Shown here one piece after another: positions 9,525 to 19,111 of a stretch of DNA of 64,000 nt (position 1 is the stretch's first letter; every line of letters begins with the position of its first letter). The notes under the pieces are model-generated. The model did not search any database. It saw only the letters and a program-made list of their open reading frames with translations, and was not told the DNA's origin. The stretch comes from Chloroflexota bacterium (GTDB taxonomy: Bacteria; Chloroflexota; Dehalococcoidia; Lucifugimonadales; Lucifugimonadaceae). The stretch covers positions 11,724-75,723 of the forward strand of contig JABMNN010000046.1 in the NCBI GenBank assembly GCA_013204545.1, written 5' to 3'. The position numbers and the translations under genes are program-made.

Positions 9525-10339
9525 CCGCTGGAACGCATTTTAAGTACTTGCCCGAAGAACGTATTGACTAACATAACGAACCGTTCTGGTTGGGCATCGT
9601 GCATCCCGTGGCCCACATCGTCCCATTTCACGTACCGACCAAGTGCAAGTAGGTCGCTCGCTCGTGTGGCGTCGACATCGGTTAGCGCAGCGCCCTTGTC
9701 TGGGTTTGCCTGCATGAGAAGCACCGGCAACTCTATTTCGTTCAATACTGCGTCTGGAGCCCAAGACTCCGCTATGCGCCCTTCGCCAGGGAATACCCAG
9801 ACCTCTGGGTCGACTTTGGTAATTGAAATCGCCCTTCTGAGAATTACCTCATCCGTTGATTTTTCATCCGTTTTTCGCAGCTCAGTGGCGGTGTTTTTTA
9901 CGCTGAGATTCTTGTTGCGAATATCGAGGGACGCCTGAAATTGAGAAGTTTGCTCAACATATAACGGAGGGTCTTCCAGTACTGCCGCAGCCACGAGGTC
10001 TGGAGTGACAGCACACACGCCGCTCGCCGTCACTGCACCTAGTGAGTGACCTACGAGGTATGCAGGTTGCCCAACCACATTTCGCAGGAACTCAACGACT
10101 TCAATTGGGTAATCGATGAACCGGTAAGCACCGGGAGTTCTACCGGAATCACCGTGCCCTCGAAGATCTATGGCGTAAATGTGCCAATTCTCAGAGAATT
10201 CATCAATTACGGCTGACCAATTTGCCCAGCGACCGCCTATACCGTGAATCAACACCATTGGAGGTCCGTTATCTGGACCTTCCGCGTAGTTCACTTCGAT
10301 CGAACTGGATGAAAATTTCTTTTCTGGATAAATGATCAT
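9521..10339 (-). CDS. Alpha/beta hydrolase
   Basis: 272-aa ORF with the HGIGG oxyanion region, the nucleophile elbow GHSLGA, and a C-terminal GH. Confidence 0.8.
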   Translation of the reverse strand: MIIYPEKKFSSSSIEVNYAEGPDNGPPMVLIHGIGGRWANWSAVIDEFSENWHIYAIDLRGHGDSGRTPGAYRFIDYPIEVVEFLRNVVGQPAYLVGHSLGAVTASGVCAVTPDLVAAAVLEDPPLYVEQTSQFQASLDIRNKNLSVKNTATELRKTDEKSTDEVILRRAISITKVDPEVWVFPGEGRIAESWAPDAVLNEIELPVLLMQANPDKGAALTDVDATRASDLLALGRYVKWDDVGHGMHDAQPERFVMLVNTFFGQVLKMRSSG

Positions 10340-10423
10340 AGAAATATCTGTGTGGGGAGGTTAGCAGACCGTGTGAATCACTCGCAATTACTGTTTGTGA
10401 TGTACTTAGTTCACGATTGAAAC

Positions 10424-11251
10424 TTACTCTCGCCAAAAACGTGCTACGGCTCGGATGAAGTCGTGGTGACGGGCGATGTGTGGTGAGTGCCCGACTTTCG
10501 GCCATGAGATAAGTCGAGCATCGGGAATTAATCCAACGACTCGCTTGGCTTCTTCTTCAGAAAGAATTCCACCCTTGTCAGCGGCTCCAATTATCACCAA
10601 CGTCGGACAATTGATTGCCGAGAAAAGACCGTCAAAGGTCTCAGAGTCCTCAGATCGACTAATCGGACCCTCTTCCAGCACCGGGTCCATCTGGAACCAC
10701 ATGTTAGCGATTCGCTGGATGCTGTCATCAGAAGCACCATAGTATTGATCGGAAACTGCGGAGATCAGATCTTTGGGCGTGGTGGCCAATCGAATTTGCT
10801 GAGCCCTAGCACTACGCCGTTCTGGCGGACGCTCCCGTATTTGTTTACGGACCTCTGAATTTGCCCCGGAATAAGGTTCGACAAGCACCGCTTTCGACAC
10901 GAGAGTAGGATACTTAGATGTGACTGCTGCTGTGACCCAACCACCCAGCGAATGTCCAACCAAAAACACCGCTTGGTTGCTGAGTGCTGGAATGATGTCG
11001 GCTACATCGTCTGCCCATGTTTGCCGCGTTGACGCCACACCGTAGCGTCCTGATCGCCCCATTCCTCGTAGATCGAGCGTGAACAGGTGAAATTCTAACG
11101 CCAGTTTGTCTACCACTCGACCCCAAGTGTTCGAGTTCGATCCATATCCATGAATTAACACCATCGTAGGTGAGTCAGGCGACGGAGCTTCCCATTCCGT
11201 TACGTTCAGTGCAATTTTTCCGGTGTGAACGTAGCGTTGTGTAAAGGTCAT
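10424..11251 (-). CDS. Alpha/beta hydrolase
   Basis: 275-aa ORF with HGYGS, the nucleophile elbow GHSLGG, and a C-terminal GHSPH. Confidence 0.8.
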   Translation of the reverse strand: MTFTQRYVHTGKIALNVTEWEAPSPDSPTMVLIHGYGSNSNTWGRVVDKLALEFHLFTLDLRGMGRSGRYGVASTRQTWADDVADIIPALSNQAVFLVGHSLGGWVTAAVTSKYPTLVSKAVLVEPYSGANSEVRKQIRERPPERRSARAQQIRLATTPKDLISAVSDQYYGASDDSIQRIANMWFQMDPVLEEGPISRSEDSETFDGLFSAINCPTLVIIGAADKGGILSEEEAKRVVGLIPDARLISWPKVGHSPHIARHHDFIRAVARFWRE

Positions 11252-11269
11252 GGATGAGAACTGCCCAGC

Positions 11270-12145
11270 CTAAGAGCCGAGTACTTCCTTCATCTTGGCA
11301 CCGATCAACGTGGGGGATTCAACGACGTGTACTCCCGCTTCTGCGAGTGCTTTGTTCTTCTCGGAAGCAAGTGCTGCCTTACCGGTGATGATCGCACCAG
11401 CATGACCCATGCGTTTGCCGGCAGGAGCGGAATTGCCAGCGATGGCAGCAACAACAGGCTTCGTGACATGTTGTTTGATGTAATCGGCTGCGAGCTGCTC
11501 TCTAATTCCACCGATTTCGCCGATTAAGACAATTGCTTCCGTTTCGTCATCTGCTTGGAACAGTTCGAGAACATCGGTAAAAGTGGTGCCGTGAACTGGG
11601 TCGCCACCGATACCTACACATGTTGATTGACCCATTCCGTACTGGACGAGCTGGGCGATAGCCTCGTACGTGAGCGTACCAGAGCGTGAGACAACTCCAA
11701 CGTTTCCGGGTTGAACGATATTGCCAGGAATGATGCCGACTTTCGCCTTGGATGCTGGGCTGAGAACACCCGGGCAGTTCGATCCGATTAGCCGAGTGGG
11801 CTTGTCTTTGATGTACGCCATCACCTTGACCATGTCGAGAACCGGTACGCCTTCGGTGACGCAGACTACGAGCTCGAGTCCTGCGTCGACTTGCTCAATG
11901 ATGGCGTCCATTGCGAACGGTGCTGGGACGAAGATTAGACCGGTGTTTGCTCCGGTCTCTTCAACAGCTTTCGCTACTGTAGAGAAGTAAGGAACTTCGT
12001 CTTCAAATTTCTGACCGTCACGACCCGGGTGAACAGCGGCGACCATGTTTGTGCCGTATGCACGTGTTCGGTTCGCCTGAAAACTACCGTCTCGCCCGAG
12101 ACCCTGAATCAGGAGTCGAGTGTCGGATCCAACGAGTATCGCCAT
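11270..12145 (-). CDS. sucD: Succinyl-CoA synthetase alpha subunit
   Basis: 291-aa ORF with SRSGTLTYE and the GHAGAII phosphohistidine loop. It overlaps the sucC stop by 1 nt (TAATG). Confidence 0.95.
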   Translation of the reverse strand: MAILVGSDTRLLIQGLGRDGSFQANRTRAYGTNMVAAVHPGRDGQKFEDEVPYFSTVAKAVEETGANTGLIFVPAPFAMDAIIEQVDAGLELVVCVTEGVPVLDMVKVMAYIKDKPTRLIGSNCPGVLSPASKAKVGIIPGNIVQPGNVGVVSRSGTLTYEAIAQLVQYGMGQSTCVGIGGDPVHGTTFTDVLELFQADDETEAIVLIGEIGGIREQLAADYIKQHVTKPVVAAIAGNSAPAGKRMGHAGAIITGKAALASEKNKALAEAGVHVVESPTLIGAKMKEVLGS

Positions 12146-13323
12146 TAGTTGGAACCTCCGAGTTCTAGTAATTTCGCTTTCAACACAACAGCGGCTCCAG
12201 CAAGGTCGGGGACACCGGTAATGTTCAAGCCTGAATCAGCAAGAATTTGAATTCCTTCTGCGGCGTTCGTTCCTCGCATTGCCACGACCATTGGTACTGC
12301 AGTTTTTGTTTCTTTTGCCGCCGAGACTATGCCTTGCGCTACTACGTCGGAGCGTGCAATTCCCGCAAATAGGTTTATAAGAATTATTTCGACATCGGTA
12401 TCGTCGACGATGATCTTGAATGCCTCTTCGATTCGCGCCTGATCGGCGGAACCTCCGATGTCGAGGAAGTTAGCGGGGTCGGCACCGGCTGCTTTCGTAA
12501 TATCCATCGTTGCCATAGCGAGACCCGCGCCGTTGACCATGCAGCCAACGCGTCCGCCATCAAGCTTTACGTAAGCGAGGCCGGCTTTGTCGGCCCGTTG
12601 TTCAAGGGGGTCTTGCTGATTTGAGTCACGCAAGCCAGCAAGTTCGGGGTGGCGAAATAGTGCGTCGTCTTCGAGATTTATCTTGACGTCGAGTGCGAAT
12701 ACCTGATCGTCTTCGGTGATGACGAGTGGATTAATCTCCACAAGAGAGCAGTCGTTCTCGACAAATACCTGATAGAGATCAGTGATGAGTTTGGTTGTGG
12801 CTCTTACTGATTTGTCGGGCACTCCAAGAGCAAGAGCAATGTCGCGAGCGCGATATGTGGTTAGCCCTATGAGTGGATCTCCAGCGACTCGGAAAATTTT
12901 CTCAGGAGTTGATTCCGCAACCTCTTCAATATCCATGCCACCCTCAGTGCTGGCCATTACGACCGGAGCACCGATATCACCGTCAACTACGATTGAAATG
13001 TACAACTCGTCTTTGATGTCGAGGGCTTCTGCGATCATCACTTTTTCTATGGGTACGCCTGCTGCACCGGTCTGTTTGGTAACGAGTCGTGTGCCGAGGA
13101 GAGAAGCGGTTACTTCTTCAGCCATCGCTGGAGAGTCGACAAGTTTTACACCGCCGGCTTTTCCTCTACCGCCTGCGTGAACTTGTGCTTTCACTACTAC
13201 TCGTCCGCCGATACGTGAAGCAATTTCTTTTGCTTCTGCGGGAGTGGATGCAACCTCGGCCCTTGGTGTCGGGACACCGAATTTATCGAGGATTGCTTTC
13301 GCCTGATACTCGTGGATATTCAC
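12145..13323 (-). CDS. sucC: Succinyl-CoA synthetase beta subunit
   Basis: 392-aa ORF with the N-terminal MNIHEYQAK and an ATP-grasp layout, followed directly by sucD. Confidence 0.95.
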   Translation of the reverse strand: MNIHEYQAKAILDKFGVPTPRAEVASTPAEAKEIASRIGGRVVVKAQVHAGGRGKAGGVKLVDSPAMAEEVTASLLGTRLVTKQTGAAGVPIEKVMIAEALDIKDELYISIVVDGDIGAPVVMASTEGGMDIEEVAESTPEKIFRVAGDPLIGLTTYRARDIALALGVPDKSVRATTKLITDLYQVFVENDCSLVEINPLVITEDDQVFALDVKINLEDDALFRHPELAGLRDSNQQDPLEQRADKAGLAYVKLDGGRVGCMVNGAGLAMATMDITKAAGADPANFLDIGGSADQARIEEAFKIIVDDTDVEIILINLFAGIARSDVVAQGIVSAAKETKTAVPMVVAMRGTNAAEGIQILADSGLNITGVPDLAGAAVVLKAKLLELGGSN

Positions 13324-13492
13324 GAACGATTACTCGGTTCTAATTATTTACGATCCCGCGAACATTGCCTAAATAGGGCAGAGCGGGTGTGCTTTAGTTT
13401 TCTAAACCGCGAACCATCGTACCGAGGGTGATGGTCAGTGTCTACGCAATACATCGTTACCCGCTGATGCCGAAGAAACCGATATTAGGATT

Positions 13493-13520
13493 AAACAGAG
13501 CAAACCCGCAAAAATGCGGG
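13493..13520 (-). terminator. Candidate intrinsic terminator after the CheX-like gene
   Basis: On the minus strand, CCCGCA-UUUU-UGCGGG (13505..13520) is followed by UUUGCUCUGUU. Confidence 0.5.
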
Positions 13521-13571
13521 CAAGCTTTGAAGTTATACGAATTTTGAGAATTACTCAGAAAAACTGAATTG

Positions 13572-14057
13572 CTACGCAGCTTTTTCTACGTAGCGAGCGT
13601 TCTCTGAGAGACCAATTCTGGCGGTAAGAGTACCGAGTTCGCTCTTGAACGTGACGAGGATCTGCTTTGGAACAGTCGAAGTCAGAGTCGAGCCACGAGG
13701 TTCAATGATCACCGGAGGGCTGATGTCACAGGTGAAACCATTTGCTGCCAGCGCTGTGGCTGCGTTACCGGTAATTACGTTTGCGATTTCACCGAGGGCT
13801 GAAAGAGCCATCGGGTCACGGGCATCCATATCTTCACCGATCATTCGCTTGACTACTTCAGACGACACTTGGTCACTGAAGCCGTAAAGAACGTTACCTT
13901 GAAGTTTTCCACTTACGCCGATGATCGCTGTGATGTCGTCGGTTGTGTACTGGTACGACACAGCCTCTGCGCTTGCGATTTCTAGCGGTACACCAAATTC
14001 CTTTAGCCACACCATCTGGGCGGGACCTAGGAATGGGTTAACAAACTCTTGCCGCAT
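13572..14057 (-). CDS. CheX/CheC-like phosphatase-fold protein
   Basis: 161-aa ORF with the N-terminal FVNPFL, then LGEIANVITGNAATALAANGFTCDISPP. This matches the E-x-x-N ... P active-site pattern of the CheC/CheX family. Confidence 0.7.
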   Translation of the reverse strand: MRQEFVNPFLGPAQMVWLKEFGVPLEIASAEAVSYQYTTDDITAIIGVSGKLQGNVLYGFSDQVSSEVVKRMIGEDMDARDPMALSALGEIANVITGNAATALAANGFTCDISPPVIIEPRGSTLTSTVPKQILVTFKSELGTLTARIGLSENARYVEKAA

Positions 14058-14295
14058 GAGTCAGAACCTTAACCTTGTTATAGATTTACTTTGCCAGCCC
14101 CATTCGGACCAAGCGTCAGACGAAGTTAGGTGAATGCATCACCTTCGCCCCGTTCAATGTTGTTCAATCTACGGGTGCTTAGATTCTGCCACATCAGTAA
14201 AAGTACCTAGTAGGCACATTGGAATGTATGTGCTCTGAGCCTATGTGCCACCGCTTCATGTAGATATCGGCTGAGGAGAGTCCGCTTCGGCAGTT

Positions 14296-17094
14296 TTATT
14301 CTGTCGAACCTTCGACTTGTGTGACAGGGGCAATGTTTCTTGCGACCACTGCCATCAATGCGGTGATATCGGCAAGTCTGGGCGGCTTAATGAGAATTCC
14401 GACAATACGGGCGGAGATCGTATCAACATCAAGCTGGCGGTCGGCCCAACCTGTCATGAGTATTACTTCTGTATTGGGCGATTCAACCTCGATGAACTCG
14501 GCAAGCATTCGCCCATTTAAGATCGGCATCTCGATATCGGACAAAACAACATCGAACGGTTCACCTGCTTTGTATCTTTCTGCAACGATTTTCGAAGCTT
14601 CAGGACCACCAGATGCCACCTCGACTGTATGGCCTTCGGATGCGATCATTTCTTCAACCACCATCCTGAGCATCGGCTCATCATCGACTACTAACACCTT
14701 TAGTCGAATTTGAGCGCGCTCTTCGGCAGCTTTTGGTTTACTGGTTGATATAGAACCCTCTACAGGAAATACTAGTCGGACGGTCGTTCCCTTTTCCCTG
14801 CCCGGAAGAATGGAAACAGTACCGGAATGGCGTTGCATTACCTGTTGAACCATCGGAAGGCCAAGACCAGTGCCACGGTCGCCTTTTGTTGTGAAGAACG
14901 GTTCCAATGCTCTTAGTGCTGTTTCACTGTTCATCCCAGAACCTTCATCGGCGACCTCAATGATTACACTCTCAGGATCAATTGTTCTGCCATTGTCCGT
15001 TGGTTCTGGTTCTACGTGTCCGGAAATTACAATTCTTCCACCGCCTGGCATCGCATCTACGGCGTTCAGCACAAGGTTCGTCAACGCTTCACGAATTTCA
15101 GTGTCGATCCCAGGAACCTGAGGAAGCACACGGGCAAAATTGGTTGAAATTCTTATCTCAACACCGTTCCCTGTTTCATCTCGCCACTTTGGGCGGGTAA
15201 GTTCGATTGTTTCTCGAACCATTTGTCGGAGGTCTACCAACTCGAAGGTCAACCCATCGGCTTCTCGATCTTGATAGAGCTGGCGCATTCTTTCGACGAT
15301 GCGTGAGATATCGAGTGCCGCAAGTCGGATGAGTTGGAGAAGTTTCCTGGAATGATCATCAAGTTTTCCGGAATCTTGCAAAAGCATGTCCGAGAAGCCA
15401 ATGACCGGCGATAGAGCGTTGTTGATGTCATGCGTTATTCCACTCGCCATCTGTCCGAGTGCTCTCAATCGTTCCTGCTTCATTGCCTGTTGCTGAGTTT
15501 CAACGAGTTCTACGTTCAGCAGCCGCAGATCATCAACGAGTCGTGCGCCGTAAATGGCTTGCGCTACAGCCGCACCAACCGCGTTTATTAGTTCAACTTC
15601 AGCTGTCCCCAGTGCATCTGACTGCTTCCGCGCAATGATGATTGCCCCGTATATTTCACCATTGGCAGTCAAAGTGTGTGCGACCACTGAATTTAGGCCA
15701 GCGGCAGCGAATCGATAGGCTGAATCGTCGAGATATCCGCGGCTGTCCGCTAGGTTGTGAACTCCGTCTTCATCACCGGAATTGAGGAACGTCGAGTCGG
15801 AGATTATTGAATTGACCGGAATAGGATCTGGTGAGTATGCTCCTGACGTGTTGGTCACAGTGAACTCACCACTGGTTGAGTCGAACCCTAGCCCTACCGT
15901 GTGGTCGGCAGGTAGTAATTTGGCAAGTCGTGATGTGGCCACCGCCATGATAGATTCGACATCGTGCATCTCAAAAACAGCCGTCGTTATCGCGTTGAGC
16001 GTGGTGATTCTGGCCAAGCGCCTCAGCGCTTCTGATGCTCTTCGTTGCTCGGTCACATCTCTGAGAATTACCAGACGGCCAGTTGAACCGCGTTTAGTGG
16101 CGCCGTCCGAGAGCTCGGTGACTGTCGGTGAATATATTAGTGATTCGAGCTCCGACTCACTTGTTAATACGACGTCATTGGTAACGGCAGTAGGCACACC
16201 CGAACACAACTCGTGGTCGGCTACGTAGCCGGGAAGCACATCGCAGAGATGCCTTCCGATCAAATGGCCTTCGACGGGCATAACTAGACGCTCTGCAGCT
16301 GGATTCACATCGATTATGTATCCAGACGATTCGAGAACAAACATTGCATCAGGTATGCGCTCAACGAGTACATCTAGAGCGATCGGAACAAGATCGAACA
16401 ACTTAAATCGAGCGTAACCGTAAGCAACGATTACACCTGAAAAGGCGAATGACATCGGAGTCGGATCAAAATCACCAAGTGGGTTCATATCCGTTAGAAA
16501 CAGCAGATTTGCTGCCAGTGGAATCGTTCCTGCAGCGATGGCCGCAATCATCTGGCTACGGAACAAAGAAGTTTCGGTGAACGCCCTGTACAGAAGGAAG
16601 CCGAAACCGCTAAAGAAGGCAGCATACGAATAAACCCAAGATATCCAGAACCATGCTCCACGATCAAAAATGATTGAGATGTTGCCTGGCTCTCCAACGA
16701 CGTGCGCGTCATGCCACATCAAGTTATGAGAACTGTTCGTAGCGGTTAGCACTACGGTGATAGCGGGAATCACGAGAACGGTAATCAGAAATCGCAGTGA
16801 CACAGTGCGAATTCGACCCGTTAAATGGGCTGCCGTTATGAAAAAGAAAACTGGGACCGTTGTGATCCCGACGTATTCGAGTGGTACTAGGAGTAGCTTG
16901 TCATCGAGATTTTCGAGTAGAACCTCAATGCCATATCCGCCCGACCATATGGCCGCTGCGATCATCAACCATGCTACCCCAGCGGCGCCGGGTGCCTGAC
17001 GCCGGTTCCACATGAACGCCGTCATGATGAGCGCTATCAATGCCGCAACAAATGTTGCGGATGCGACGAAAGATGACGTTTCAAACAGGGCCAT
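14296..17094 (-). CDS. Hybrid sensor histidine kinase (multi-TM N-terminal sensor, PAS/GAF-like region, HisKA, HATPase, C-terminal receiver)
   Basis: 932-aa ORF. About 7 predicted TM helices at the N-terminus, H-box GITHDINNALSP, ATP-lid motifs DEGSGM and GTGLGL, and a receiver domain (VLVVDDEP...VLSDIEMP). Confidence 0.9.
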   Translation of the reverse strand: MALFETSSFVASATFVAALIALIMTAFMWNRRQAPGAAGVAWLMIAAAIWSGGYGIEVLLENLDDKLLLVPLEYVGITTVPVFFFITAAHLTGRIRTVSLRFLITVLVIPAITVVLTATNSSHNLMWHDAHVVGEPGNISIIFDRGAWFWISWVYSYAAFFSGFGFLLYRAFTETSLFRSQMIAAIAAGTIPLAANLLFLTDMNPLGDFDPTPMSFAFSGVIVAYGYARFKLFDLVPIALDVLVERIPDAMFVLESSGYIIDVNPAAERLVMPVEGHLIGRHLCDVLPGYVADHELCSGVPTAVTNDVVLTSESELESLIYSPTVTELSDGATKRGSTGRLVILRDVTEQRRASEALRRLARITTLNAITTAVFEMHDVESIMAVATSRLAKLLPADHTVGLGFDSTSGEFTVTNTSGAYSPDPIPVNSIISDSTFLNSGDEDGVHNLADSRGYLDDSAYRFAAAGLNSVVAHTLTANGEIYGAIIIARKQSDALGTAEVELINAVGAAVAQAIYGARLVDDLRLLNVELVETQQQAMKQERLRALGQMASGITHDINNALSPVIGFSDMLLQDSGKLDDHSRKLLQLIRLAALDISRIVERMRQLYQDREADGLTFELVDLRQMVRETIELTRPKWRDETGNGVEIRISTNFARVLPQVPGIDTEIREALTNLVLNAVDAMPGGGRIVISGHVEPEPTDNGRTIDPESVIIEVADEGSGMNSETALRALEPFFTTKGDRGTGLGLPMVQQVMQRHSGTVSILPGREKGTTVRLVFPVEGSISTSKPKAAEERAQIRLKVLVVDDEPMLRMVVEEMIASEGHTVEVASGGPEASKIVAERYKAGEPFDVVLSDIEMPILNGRMLAEFIEVESPNTEVILMTGWADRQLDVDTISARIVGILIKPPRLADITALMAVVARNIAPVTQVEGSTE

Positions 17095-17213
17095 ATATTA
17101 GCTGCTTAACTGACGACCAATGCGTACGGATACGTTAGATGAAGTTGTGGCGCGTATCGAAGATTTTGGCGGATGCCGTTATTTCATATGGTAATGACAA
17201 TCTACAGACTACA

Positions 17214-17624
17214 TCACACGCTTGGGATTTCAATTAATACAGTCACTCCCATATCGAGGTACTTATTGCGGAGTTCCGACTGATAGTTGCGAATGCAAAG
17301 CTTTGTATCGGTGTCTGTCAGTAGCTTCACAACATGTTCAATGCAGTCATCCTCAGTTTTTAGTGGATGCTCGGGGTTCGTTTCCCTGTTAAACGAAAGA
17401 TCAGAAGGCCCCAATGACAGGCAATCAACTCTAGGCAGTGCGAATGACTTTGCACGAGTACCGGCGCTTAGTGATTCTATTCGAAACCACAATACTCCGT
17501 TGCGAATGCGGTGCTTAAGGTTTGTCTTAATAGTCACGATTGTTGTTCCAGCGAAGGCCGAGTGTTGATCGGAGCAAAATGTCCGCGACCGGCATATTAG
17601 CCGAAGAGATGGGACCGCGTGCAA
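17214..17624 (-). pseudogene. Truncated HpcH/HpaI/CitE-type aldolase remnant (C-terminal half only)
   Basis: The C-terminal ~90 aa (WFRIESLSAG...LPRVDCLSLGPSDLSF...KYLDMGVTVLI) fit the C-terminal half of the HpcH/HpaI aldolase barrel. The N-terminal half is absent and the upstream DNA is occupied by tRNA-Ser. Confidence 0.4.
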
Positions 17625-17677
17625 TTATCGTCGACGGGCCGGGAGCGAGACTGACCACGCTAGCCGGGATAAAAATG

Positions 17678-17767
17678 TGGCGGAGGGGACAGGATTCGAA
17701 CCTGCGATGCCGTTACCGACATACTTGTTTTCAAGACAAGCGCATTCAACCGCTCTGCCACCCCTCC
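17678..17767 (-). tRNA. tRNA-Ser (anticodon UGA), encoded CCA
   Basis: Minus-strand sequence GGAGGGGTGGCAGAGCGGTTGAATGCGCTTGTCTTGAAAACAAGTATGTCGGTAACGGCATCGCAGGTTCGAATCCTGTCCCCTCCGCCA. It has a 7-bp acceptor stem, anticodon loop CTTGAAA, a long variable arm, and a GGTTCGAATCC T-arm. Confidence 0.9.
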
Positions 17768-17981
17768 GCAGAGGTGCCGAGGTTTCAGTATGAAACCGCA
17801 CAGAAGGTAATTCTAATAGCAATTAGTGACAATCAGAAGCGGTGAAACGCTACAAATTCCTCAGTGATCCGATGCGATAGACGTTTTCAACGAGAACATA
17901 CTGTGTTTAAAGAGCGTAAACCTCGCTGATATTTGCTGAAAATATTCGACTGAAGACTTGAAGCGCTCTTAAGGAGTGATC

Positions 17982-18206
17982 ATGAAACAGCTTGCTGAAT
18001 GGTCAGGCACGTGGGTCATAGTCGCCGGTGTTTTGATCGCAGCGGTCGGAATCATAGTTCTGATAGTCACTGAAGAATCCTGGATTTTGTACGCGAGCGG
18101 ATACGCAGTGACCATAATTGGAATTCTCATACTTTTCTGGGTAGCCCTTCGTGACAGATTACGCGCCCGAAAGACCGATGATCTTGACGACGTCGGGTTC
18201 AACTAG
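17982..18206 (+). CDS. Small two-TM membrane protein, unknown function
   Basis: An AAGGAG Shine-Dalgarno (SD) sequence at 17971..17976 lies 5 nt before ATG 17982. Two hydrophobic helices and a basic C-terminal tail. Confidence 0.5.
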   Translation: MKQLAEWSGTWVIVAGVLIAAVGIIVLIVTEESWILYASGYAVTIIGILILFWVALRDRLRARKTDDLDDVGFN

Positions 18207-18218
18207 GTTTCGTCAGGT

Positions 18219-19031
18219 TTAGCTCTGGCAGTTCGAGCAGTAATAGGCAGTCCTGCCACCAAATTTCAATGTCGAAATCGGGATTTCGCATCGTGGGCAG
18301 AAAGTTCCCGGTTTTCGACGTAACAGCATTCGCTCGTCATAGGCATCGACGATGTACGGTCGACCAAGTTCGTCGGGATGACTCAAGATAAATTCGAGAG
18401 CATGTTCGAGCGATGCTCGTATGGCTTCAAACAGCGACACAAGGACGGTTTTCGGAATAGTGTTCAGGTGTCTTGCGGGTGAGATGCTGACTCGGTGAAG
18501 AGCTTCGTCGGCGTAGATATTGCCGATACCCGCGACTACTGACTGATTTAAAAGTAGTGGTTTTACCTGTGCGGTTCGACCTTCCATGATACTGACGAAT
18601 TCACTGGCTGCGAAGTTCGGATCAAGAGCATCTGGTCCTAGTCCGGCAAAGGCGTGATCGAGTGATTCGAAACGCTGGATCTTCGCCCAACGGCGCGGGT
18701 CTATTAGAGTAACTCGATGATTTTTTTCGAGGGTGAACTCAACCCGAGTGAATCTTGGCGGAGCTTCGTCGGGCGCAAGTACATGTACTTGCCCGGTCAT
18801 TCCCATGTGAAAGCCCAGCACGAAATCGTCGAGTACCAACGACAGCTGTTTGCCTTTACGCTCGATGCTTGTGACCGTTCGATCGATCACTTGACGAGCG
18901 TAAGCAATGGTCCCAGTGCGGTTCGCACTTTCCGGCTTGTCTTCAAGTTGAACTTTTACGAATTTCTTGCCAACAACATCCTCTCGAATGAGGTATCGAC
19001 GTAGCGATTCGACTTCAGGAAGTTCGGGCAT
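18219..19031 (-). CDS. mutM: Formamidopyrimidine-DNA glycosylase
   Basis: N-terminal MPELPEVE and a C-terminal zinc finger CPRC...CSNC. Confidence 0.9.
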   Translation of the reverse strand: MPELPEVESLRRYLIREDVVGKKFVKVQLEDKPESANRTGTIAYARQVIDRTVTSIERKGKQLSLVLDDFVLGFHMGMTGQVHVLAPDEAPPRFTRVEFTLEKNHRVTLIDPRRWAKIQRFESLDHAFAGLGPDALDPNFAASEFVSIMEGRTAQVKPLLLNQSVVAGIGNIYADEALHRVSISPARHLNTIPKTVLVSLFEAIRASLEHALEFILSHPDELGRPYIVDAYDERMLLRRKPGTFCPRCEIPISTLKFGGRTAYYCSNCQS

Positions 19032-19111
19032 GAGAGGGCTTTTATAGAAGACTAAAGACGATATTGCAGGGTGAAAGGCGGCGCTTGAAGGCTAATACCG
19101 TGCACGCCACG

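Noticed and set aside
17678-17767. Possibility that this long-variable-arm tRNA is tRNA-Sec (selC), given the nearby-window selenoprotein candidate.
   Set aside because: The anticodon loop CTTGAAA gives anticodon UGA, which reads UCA (Ser), not UCA, which reads UGA. The acceptor stem is 7 bp, not the 8 bp of bacterial tRNA-Sec.
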